Part shown: positions 51,667 through 64,000 of the stretch, piece by piece | Position numbering within the stretch: the stretch's first letter is position 1 | Layout: each line of letters opens with the position of its first letter | Assembly: GCF_009914755.1 (NCBI RefSeq) | Contig: NC_060926.1 | Origin: the human T2T-CHM13v2.0 reference genome, Homo sapiens | Strand: one strand, 5' to 3' | DNA length: 64,000 nt | Position numbers and translations under genes: made by a program | The notes under the pieces: generated by a model | What the model was told of the DNA's origin: nothing | The model's input: only the letters and a program-made list of their open reading frames with translations | Database searches by the model: none

Positions 51667-52592
51667 CTTAAAAAAGCAAAAAAATTTTATTTCACACACC
51701 CACACAGAAATAATTAGAAAATTTCCATAAAATAAAAAACTTTAAACGAAAAATGTTTTAGTTCTATGCACTATAATTAATGAAAAGTTAGAAGACACTA
51801 CCTCTACTTATAGGAAAAGATACCTACTTTCTAGCAAATGTTTATGATTAAAAACAATGTAAAGTTTCAATCCGAAGCACTGACAAAAGTCCCAGCTTAA
51901 AAAAACAAAATATTATCGATATGAATCTTTGATATGCCATTAATAGCTCTGTGACTGGGGGAAATCACTGAGGTTTCTCTATCTAGATCAGTAATCGAAG
52001 GCTTTCAGCTCTAATTACATTAGTACTTCTCAAAGTGGGGCTTAGAGACACATATTTAGGGGAGAAGGAATTCGTGTGTTCTAAGAAAATAGTCCTGTTG
52101 ATGTTTTGTTTAATTGTGTGTGTTTAATTAATATAAACATGCTTTAGATCACCTATGTAATTTTTTTTTTTTTTTTTTTTTTTGAGACAGAGTCTCGCTC
52201 TGTCACCCAGGCTGGAGTGCCGGGGCATGATCTTGGCTCACAGCAACCTCTGCCTCCCGGGTTCAAGTGATTCTCCAGCCTCAGCCTCCTGAGTAGCTGG
52301 GGTTACAGGTGCCTGCCACCACGCCGGGCTAATTTTTGTATTTTTAGTAGAAACAGGGTTTCTCCACGTTGGTCAGGCTGGTCTCGAACTCCTGACCTCG
52401 TGATCCACCCACCTTGGCCTCCCAAAGTGCTGGGATTACAGGCGTGAGCCACCGCACCAGGCCCCACCTATGTAATTATAACCAGATACCGTCACATGAT
52501 TTCAATCTTGAGATCAGTTTGTATGTACAGTTACATGTGTACCAAATAATATTACCCTAGCTGATGCTGGCAAGATTAATGAAAAAAGATGA

Positions 52593-52721
<129 letters not shown>

Positions 52722-53114
52722 TGAGTAGCTGAGACTACATACAGGCGCACACCACCACACCCAGTTAATTTTTTATTTCTTGGAGAGATAAGAGTCTTAC
52801 TATGCTGCCCAGGCTGAGAGGTGGGTTTAAGTAACATCAAGGGTTCCACAGTAGTTCAAACAGAGAGTAATAGTTGGACAACTGACTGCATGTAATAGCA
52901 AAAGAATCTCCACCAATAAAGATAGTATCATATCAAAGTAGCATAGAGTTGAGTGTAAAGAAAACAAAATTTGTACTTATATACTGCCTCGTAAGTATTC
53001 CACAGGATGTGTAATGTACTTTATATATTTGTTTTAAAGTTGGGAGCTCTTGGCCGGGTGCGGTGGCTCACACCCGTAATCCCAGCACTTTGAGAGGCCG
53101 AGGCGGGCGGATCA

Positions 53115-53387
<273 letters not shown>

Positions 53388-54002
53388 TCATCTACCTTTA
53401 TGTTTGCAAATTTGCATGGTACCATTAAACAAGTTTAAGACTCAATAGTTTTTCCCTTAAAAACATACTACTCAGGGCTGGGCATGGTGGTTCATGCCTG
53501 TAATCCCAGCACTTTGGGAGGCCAGGCAGGCAGATCAATTGAGGCCAGGAGTTGAGACCAGCCTGGCCAACATGGCAAAAGCCCATCTCTACTAAAAATA
53601 AAAAATAAAAATAAATAAAAATAGCTGGGTGTGGTGGTGCACACCTGTAATTCCAGCTACTCAGGAGGGTGAGGCATGAGAATTGCCTAAACCCAGGAGG
53701 CGGAGGTTGCAACAAGCCAAGATCACGCCACTGCACTCCAGCCTGGGTGAGAGTGAGACTCTGTCTCAAAAAAAAAAAAAAAAAAAGATTTTACTATTAC
53801 TCAGGGTTGAAAAATTCTGGATTAGGTAAATAAAGCACACAAATTGTTTAAAATCTCCATTCTGGCATCTGTCCCTCCTGCTGAATTATAAGGAAAGGTG
53901 GGAAATGAATTCTATTATCTATTGTAATTCCTACAATTATGACTAGGGTACAGTTGTATTAAATGAACAGAATTTTTAAAAAAGTCTGAGTCTCTGATTT
54001 AA

Positions 54003-54191
<189 letters not shown>

Positions 54192-54421
54192 TAGTAGAGA
54201 CGGGGTTTCACCATGTTGGCCAGGATGGTCTCAACCTCTCGACCTCAGGTGATCTGCCCGCTTGGCCTCCCAAAGTGCTGGGATTACAGGCGTGAGCCAC
54301 CGCGTCTGGCCGAGTCTCTGTAGTTTTTATAAGAAAGATATCAGCATATCAGCTCTCATGCCAGGCGCAGTGGCTCACACGTGTAATCCCAGCACCTTGG
54401 GAGGCCAAGGCGGGTGGGTCA

Positions 54422-54655
<234 letters not shown>

Positions 54656-54767
54656 TCAGCTCTTGTGTCTAGTTATGTGCATACAGTTAAACAATTAACA
54701 GGAGGACAAACTTCTTTCTCTTTCTCAAACTTAGTACTGAATGTCATCCATAGAATTAAAGTTACTA

Positions 54768-55028
<261 letters not shown>

Positions 55029-55421
55029 CTACCCATGGGTGACAGAGCAAGACTCTGTCTCAAAAATTAAAATTAAAATTAAAAATAAAGCTAGTAGTTA
55101 CTTATATTGAACAGAACCAAATCCCTCCTACATATAACCAAGCAAATGAGAAGTCCTCACCTTAAACTAAATTGTTTAGAAATTATGTATTAGGTTTTAT
55201 ATATCCCTGTTCTGGGTTTGGGGAAATACTGCATGATCTGATAGGTTTTTTCTTGGTTTATAAATTAAATCTATAGCAGTCTAGGCTAGAGCTAATAGTG
55301 ATTTAGACTAGGATGGTAGAGGCAGAGATCATGAAAAGTGGCTAGCTCTTTAATATATTTAAAGGTGATGCCAAGAAAATGTATATGGGTAGGATATGGG
55401 GTAAGAGAATAAGGAGTATAG

Positions 55422-55640
<219 letters not shown>

Positions 55641-55647
55641 TAACTAG

Positions 55648-55764
<117 letters not shown>

Positions 55765-56445
55765 TAAATGTTTTGCTTGAGCCAAACAGACACAGGAAAG
55801 ACCAGGGGAGCAGGACTGAGAAGACATGTATGCGAAGAAAATCAATAATTTTCTTTTAGAAATACTGATTTTGAAATGCCCATTGAACAGCCAAATAAAT
55901 ACGTCAAGCTGAACAAATACGCAAGTCTGCGGAACAGAAGCAGAGGACAGATTTGTAAGTTTGGCAGCTATCTTATACAAACGGTACATAAAGACAAGAA
56001 TGAGATCCTAGGGATTGAGCACAGATGGAAAAGAATCCAAAAGACTCAGCACTACTATAACACCCCAAAGTTCAGAGGTAAGAAGAATGAGGATCCAGCA
56101 AACAAGACTAAGGAGTAGTAGCCACTGAGATTTTGAGGGGAAGCAAGAAAGACTAAAACCCAGAGACTGAGAGAGAAAAGGGTATGAAGAAATGTCAAAT
56201 ATTCTTGGTATGCTAAATCATGTGAGAAATGAAAATACACTTTTTAAATTTATCAATTAGGGGCCAAGTGACCTTGACAAGAGATTTTAGGTGGAATAGA
56301 CTAGAACTACATAAAAAGACTAGAAATTACATAAGACTAGAACTATGTAAGCAGGGAAAGCAAGTACAAACAACTCATTCAAGGCATCTGTGGCTCATGC
56401 CTGTAATCCCAGCACTTTGCAAGGCTGAGGCAGATGGACTGCTTA

Positions 56446-56652
<207 letters not shown>

Positions 56653-56855
56653 CTACCTCAAGAAAAAAACAAAGAACAAAGCACTTTGTTCTAAAAAGAT
56701 ATAGAAACAGGATTGTAGCTGAATGCGGATGTGAATGGGGTTAAGAGATGTTTTCTGCAGGTTTTTTGTTGCTGTTATTAAGACAAAGCACGATAAAACA
56801 TGTTTGCTGGTGCTGATAATCTAGTATGGAGAAAAAAATTAATGGTACATGATGA

Positions 56856-57221
<366 letters not shown>

Positions 57222-57390
57222 TAGCAATGATTAAATATTTTCAAGTGCTTTCTAAAAAATCAATTTTAAAGACCTTTCTATTCAGGATAATGACAAACAT
57301 AATAAAGGCACATATGACAGTTTAACATAATTAGCTACTTTTATGCAGCACTTATATCTTTTAGTCTGCAAGTATATTATTAAATGATAG

Positions 57391-57803
<413 letters not shown>

Positions 57804-57979
57804 TAGGAGAGTAGACTGGCCAAGAGAAAGGAGTAGCATTGACTATTTGCTGCCAGTAGTGAGGGGCTTAAGTTATCTATCCAGAAGATAAGGAAGACCA
57901 CTATATCATACTCAACCTCCACAATGTAACATACCTACAGGTCTGTATTTAATATTCTAAAAAGAACTTTCCTTATTCC

Positions 57980-58339
57980 ATAATATGGACTAAATTGCAT
58001 GCCCCTCAAAATCTGTATGTTGAAGTCCTAACCCCCAGTGTGACTGTATTTGGAGACTGGGCCTTTAGGGAGGTAAATTAAGGTCAAATGGGGTCATGAG
58101 GGTGGGGCCCTAATCTAGTAAGACTGATGTCCTCATAGGAAGAGCATGGACAACAGAGCTTGCTGGCACAGAGAAAGGCCATGTGAGGACACAGCAAGAA
58201 AGCCCTCAACAAACACCAACCCTGTTGGCACTCTGATCTTGGATTTCAAGCCTCCAGAACTGCGAAAAAAATCAATGTCTGTTGTTTAAGGCACCCAGTC
58301 TGTGGTATCTTGCTATGGCAACCCAAGCAGACTAATACA
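57980..58339 (+). mobile_element. MLT1A/B-like LTR in SF3B1 intron 6, ending about 57 bp from the exon 6 donor
   Basis: TATGGACTAAATTG...GTTGAAGTCCTAACCCCCAGTGTGACTGTATTTGGAGA...GCAGACTAATACA. Confidence 0.85.
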
Positions 58340-58395
58340 GTCCATAACAGAAAAAAATTTTTTAACAGTAATAACAAAAAACAAAAAGAAATTAC

Positions 58396-58566
58396 CTCTG
58401 CCTGATCCCAACTTGATAGTTTTTTGGGAGTGGCACCAGGAGTCTGATCAGCTGTTTGATCCCAACGCCGTTTTCGTTTTGATGGAGGCTGGGACGCTGC
58501 TGCTCCATTGACGACTTTTAGTTCTCCAGCTTTAGCTTTTTCTGCTAGCTGTTGCCTAATTTCTCG
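58396..58566 (-). CDS. SF3B1: SF3B1 exon 6 (171 nt), includes KRKRRWDQ (NLS/ULM) and SSWDQ
   Basis: TTTCAG| acceptor, GAG|GTAATT donor; ORF 58246..58641. Confidence 0.97.
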
Positions 58567-59748
58567 CTGAAAAAAACAGTGAGTATTTACCTTTAAAATG
58601 CTTTCAATGTATTTTTCTACCATTAGCGCAATCACTTCCACTTAACATCCTATTTTATACTTTGCTCATTCTCCTTTCTATGTACTGGTGATCTCCTTTC
58701 TACGCTAGCTGGTTCCATAGTCTGTGCGTCTTTATTTCGTTTTACATAATGCCTTTCTAAACAAAAGATAAGCAAGTTCAGAATTCGTAACATAGCACAC
58801 TGTAGTTTATATACTGGAGGTGAAGTAAAATCTTCAGTCAACAATGGAGAACCATAATGCTTCCACTGAAAAATAGGGTTTTCTTCAAAACTCATATAAA
58901 TAGCAATTAAGACTATGGAACAAGATAGAAAAATGGTAAAAGATAAAAATAATAAAATTGTTTTATTTATACTGACAAATTATGTAAATATGCATAGTGA
59001 TAATGGATGCACATTTAATTCACTCTGTACTGTTAAAATGGGGTTTTACCATCCCATTTAACTCATTCAACATATAAAATCTATTATATATTCATAATAG
59101 TAATGGAGGAGGCTGGGTACGGTGGCTCACACCTGTAATCCCAGCACTTTGAGAGGTTAAGGCGGGCAGATCACCTGAGGTCAGGAGTTCGAGACCAGCC
59201 TGGCCAACATAACGAAACCCCACCTCTACTAAAAAAAAAAAAAAAAAAAAGAAATATGAAAATTAGCCAGGCATGGCGGTGCACACCTGCAATCCCAGAA
59301 ACTCGGGAGGCTGTGGCAGGAGAATCGCTTGGACCCAGGAGGCAGAGGGTGCGGTAAGCTGAAATCGCACCACTGCACTTCAGCCTGGGCAACAAAGGAA
59401 GACTCCACTCAAAACAAACAAACAAAAAGTAGGCAGTTATTAGACAAAATGGCATAATCTCTGTAGGCCAAAAGGAATTATTCAAAATTCTCCACTTACA
59501 TCCAAACCGAAACTTACAGAATCTCACACTGAACTCTGACTTTTCCCTAACATACTGAGTTCAGATACACACCATCAACCTTCTCCACACAGAAACCACC
59601 CCTGTAATGGCCAGGCACAGTGGCTCACACCTGTAATCCCAGCACTTTGGCAGGCCGAGACAGGCAGATCACCTGAGGTCAGGAGTTTGAGACCAGCCTG
59701 GCCAACATGGTGAAACCCCATCTCTACTAAAAATACAAAAATTAGCTA

Positions 59749-60024
<276 letters not shown>

Positions 60025-60150
60025 TCAGTTAATTTTTATTAATACTATTATTTGTGCAGCAAATAGCAAAAAAGAAACCTAACAGTCTCTCAATCACAAC
60101 TGTATTTATATTCTTTCACAACCATTAAAACAGGAGACAGGTTTACATAC

Positions 60151-60230
60151 TTCTTCTTTAGTCAAGTGTTGTTCTCGCATTACATCCATGTAAGTCCTAG
60201 CATTCATTTTAGGATCAGGGGTCTTCCCTC
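60151..60230 (-). CDS. SF3B1: SF3B1 exon 5 (80 nt), [26 protein letters not shown]
   Basis: CTGCAG| acceptor, GAA|GTATGT donor. Confidence 0.97.
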
Positions 60231-60573
60231 CTGCAGAAAAGAACAGCAACAGGAAAAAGAGTACAATAAATAAAAAATAAGCAGGTTCAACTGATTTATC
60301 TGCCCTGCTCTAAATATTATGTTATTCCATAATCATTTAAATTATTTTTTGATGGAAAACTTTAATAATTATACATCTTACTTTTTATTGAGTTTGCTGA
60401 TCAATTTAACCTGTTTGAACACAAACATCTACAGCAGTTTAAAACAAATATTTTAATGCATATAAAAACAAAATGACAGCACAGTTTAGAGTCTTCAGAA
60501 GTGATGGGTTCCTGGGTTGCTAATCCGGAATACGTACACTTTCGTGCCTTTGTCTCCATCAGCAGTTCTGACT

Positions 60574-60593
60574 TCAAGCAGCAGAATAGAAGC
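60574..60593 (-). CDS. SF3B1: Alternative exon in intron 4, coding part (G)FYSAA-stop, giving a 144-aa short isoform
   Basis: TTTTCTAG|GCTTCTATTCTGCTGCTTGA; in frame after exon 4 (phase 1); downstream ATTAAA at 60452-60457; matches my recall of the short SF3B1 isoform. Confidence 0.8.
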
Positions 60594-62069
60594 CTAGAAA
60601 ATTATCTCTTTACCATTAGTAACACTTTGGAAAGATATTTATATTCAAAACATTACCTGTTGCAAGCTGTTAAAATCCTGACTACAAATAACTATGACTA
60701 GATAAGTTCTTCATACAGTGTTCTAAAACAATTGTAGTTTAGAAAATCTGATTTTAAAAATATACCTATAATCTTATTCTGATGTCACGTTACTAAAAAG
60801 GGCTTCATGCTTTAAGTTTTGTTGACCCAGAAAACATATTTTTATTTCTTAGAAAGCATAAATTAAAACTGGAAACATATTACTTTAAATATATTACTTC
60901 TACCAGTTATTATGATGCACACAGAAGCAACGTGGTGTACAAAGAGATGTGTCAGTCTCTTGGTTAAAGTTTCAGTATTTGCTTTTCAAACTTCAAAATA
61001 TCTTACAGAAGCCCAAACAGTATATAACAAGATTCACAGAGGCACACTATGCTTTAGAAATGTGGTAACTAGCTATACAAGTAGTATAGCATCACAATTT
61101 AGGAAAAAATAATAAAATTCTAAGACATTTCCTATGCTGAAGATCATGCCCAATTGGTAGTGTCATTCTTTCTGACACTAGCTCTGATAAGACTTCCTTT
61201 GGAATACTTTTTCACCATAATCTAGAGAGGATGTGTTGAACTGCACCCTTAAGAATGCAGACAGGACTGGCATATAGCAGTACTGCTGTAGGAAAGAAAT
61301 TAAGGACAGTTAGTATGGGCCTGTGAATTCTGGCATACATGTTTAAATCAATTACAATTATGCAAGTAAAAAAAGAATATCCCTACTAATTCATGCAGGC
61401 TGAAAAGTCTAGTATGTAAACCTGCAGCAGAATCTAATTTTAAGAAACAGGCACCTAATTTTGATTGTGAAACTCACTCACCTGAGGAAAGCTTCCATCA
61501 GGCTCACTATGCCCCTTGTGCTGACTTGCACACTAAAATTAGCAAAACAGACTCCAACTATTAAAAATATCAAACTCTTCGTATACATACTTTTGTTTTA
61601 ACTTTAAGTATGCTTAGAGCAAAGTAGGTGCCTTTACTAAGCTATATTTAGAGCACTATGGGGGGAGCTCTAGTGTGAGAAACAGTTTCTCAAGGGTAAC
61701 AATCCTAAAAATCTAGGATTTGGAATGAAAACTTTCAATAATTTGAAAGTATTTTGAGCAGAAAAATACATTTGATCCAAGTATAGAAAGCGTACCCAAA
61801 ACAAAAGTAAAAGTAAAACCTTTAACCCTTTGCGTTTCTATGGCATTGGCTCATTTTTTTCTTGTCCTTCTACCTGGAAAGAAAACTTGCATTATAAAGA
61901 TGAAGAATATGGCATCTGTGACTTCAACCACATCTATACAAATCTATAGTAAGGGGGATTTTTAAAAAGAAAAGCAAATTCAGAAGCATGCCAAAAAAAA
62001 TCAAAGGGCTAAAGACAACTTAATACAAATAAATTTCTGAATACTTATAGAAAAGTGGGAAAGAATTAC

Positions 62070-62184
62070 CATCTGCAAAAGGATCAAGACGCTCTGGGGA
62101 AATTATCATGGTCCGCCTATGCTTTTTGTATTCATCTTCCCGGTCTGCAATCTTTGGAGGTCTGTGCTCAGCAAATGGATCATA
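62070..62184 (-). CDS. SF3B1: SF3B1 exon 4 (115 nt), [38 protein letters not shown](G)
   Basis: TTTCAG| acceptor, ATG|GTAATT donor; ORF 62020..62205. Confidence 0.97.
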
Positions 62185-62670
62185 CTGAAAAGAGGTATGT
62201 CTCACTTAATATCCACTTTATTAAAATAACAAAACAGAATATCATAAACAAAAATCAGAACACCATAAAGCACAAATGTTTAATACATGCCTACTAATAT
62301 TCTGTACCGTTTCACAGATAAATGTTAAATATAAAAAAATAAGGCACATGGAAACAAGGTAATATACATATCCACATTTCCATAGTTCAATGCTTCATTA
62401 AATGATTACAGCCAGGCATGACAGCCTGTGTGTATAATCTCAACTACTTGGGAGGTTGAGACAGGAGGAATGCTTGAGCCCAGGAGTTTGGGATCAGCCT
62501 GAGCAAGACAGCAAAACCTTGTGTCAAAAAGAAAAAGATTACACCTTTACAAAATAAGTTATTATTTATAATTATCCTTAAAGCATCCTAAAATTTATGG
62601 ATTTCTATGGGAACTCAGACATTCACTTTTCTTTAGCTGAATAAACTATGCTTTTAAAATGAAAGATCAC

Positions 62671-62775
62671 CTGTTCTGTTGACTGTGGTATATCATTAAG
62701 CAATGCCACAGGGGCATGATATCCTGGCTTCTTCTGACCAAGCAAACTCGTAGATGATGAATAGTCATCGTCATC
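62671..62775 (-). CDS. SF3B1: SF3B1 exon 3 (105 nt), [35 protein letters not shown]
   Basis: TGCAG| acceptor, CAG|GTGATC donor, translation matches. Confidence 0.97.
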
Positions 62776-63959
62776 CTGCAATGAAAACCCCCCAAAAAGC
62801 CATAAACAAAATGTTAGAACTTAAAAATTAGAAAGAATATGCAAAGATTCAAAATGAAATCAAAAGATCTATTGACAGTGTGATGTCTAAGCCCTCCTTC
62901 ATAAAACTTAGAAACACAATTGGTCTTCTTTCACTTCAAAAATCTATTAAATTCAATTCAGTAAAGTTATCTTTACTTTTAAAATGATTAAGCAAGGAAT
63001 ATTTTCTATAGACGTCAATTAAGATAAAGTAGGTATGGACTAGAAAAACCTGTGCATTTAATTTTTTCACAGAAGACAAAATGTTTTTTCAATTTGATAA
63101 CTACAGCTTATTTTAGAACTTTCTACTTTCTTTTTTTAACTCATGTTTTTTAACACAATTTAACAACCATAGAAACAAATATTTAATTTTAAATTTATTT
63201 GCCCCTAGTAGTATGTTTAAACAGAACAATGTTATACTGTTACTTTTCTAGTATAAAAAGTACAACTGTTTGGGAGGCCAAGGTGGGAGAATGGCTTGAG
63301 TGTAGGAGTTTTGAGACTAGCCTAGGCAACAGAGACCCAGCTGGGCAAGGTGGCTCACATCTATAATCCCAACACTTTGGGAGGCCGAGGCGAGGGACTA
63401 ATTGAGCCCAGGAGTTCAAGACCAGCCTGGGCAACATGGTGAAACTCTGTCTCTACCAAAAAAAATACAAAAATTAGCCAGGCGTGGTGGTGTGCATATG
63501 TAGTCCCAGCTACTCAGGAGGCTGAGGTGGGAAAATTGCTTGATCTCGGGAGGCGAAGGCTATAGTGAGGCATGATCTGGCCACTGCCTTTGGTCTGGGC
63601 AACAGAGCAAGACTTTGTCTCCAAAAAACAAAACCACATACATAGTGAGATCTCATCTCTATTGTAATAAAAATAAATAAAAAATAAAAAGTGCAACACG
63701 GGGTAATTCTCCAGATCTTAACACCTCACTTATTTTATTTAAAGATAAAGTGACAATTTCCCCCTCAGCTTCTGAAACCTATAGCTATCACTTTCTTTTA
63801 CAATTAGGGTATGAGACCCCCAAATAAAGTGCTAACTAGTCCATGACTGGCTTCTAGAAATTTCACCTTTTGGGATTTTTAAATTTCTCTCAAGAAAAAA
63901 AAAAGAGGAAGAGAGCCAACTATAAAATGTGACTTGAATTTCTTAAAAATAACCAGTTG

Positions 63960-64000
63960 GCACCGCATGTTCTCACTCCTAGGTGGGAACTGAACAATAA
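63960..64000 (+). mobile_element. Start of an L1PA 3' fragment, continuing beyond the window
   Basis: CACCGCATGTTCTCACTCxTAGGTGGGAAxTGAACAAT is an L1 ORF2-end/3'UTR motif. Confidence 0.8.

Overview
Primate, human-like genomic DNA matching the SF3B1 locus (chr2q33.1 from memory). The right half (about 31.4-64 kb) holds SF3B1 on the minus strand. Coding exons 3-25 all map with GT-AG boundaries and the lengths I recall for the canonical mRNA; exons 1-2 lie beyond the right edge. Cancer hotspot codons R625, H662, K666, K700 and G742 are wild type. The left half is intergenic and repeat-dense. It contains a TSD-flanked processed NPM1 pseudogene interrupted by an AluY, a three-level LTR nest (LTR12C in MER50 in MLT1), a short SVA2-type insertion, MST/MLT LTRs, Tigger/MER DNA transposon fossils, two old local duplications and dozens of Alus. 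I see no new protein-coding system or prokaryotic-type system. The most interesting signals concern SF3B1 RNA processing: (1) an L1 insertion whose 17-bp target-site duplication copies the exon 24 splice donor; (2) a 70-nt frameshifting cassette with strong splice sites in Alu-free intron 20; (3) PTC-containing cryptic/decoy exons and an alternative last exon in Alu-free intron 4; (4) an antisense SNORA4 retrocopy in intron 11; (5) tandem poly(A) sites that add an AluY to the long 3'UTR. Repeat subfamily names come from recall of consensus sequences, and repeat boundaries are approximate (about +/-10-20 bp).
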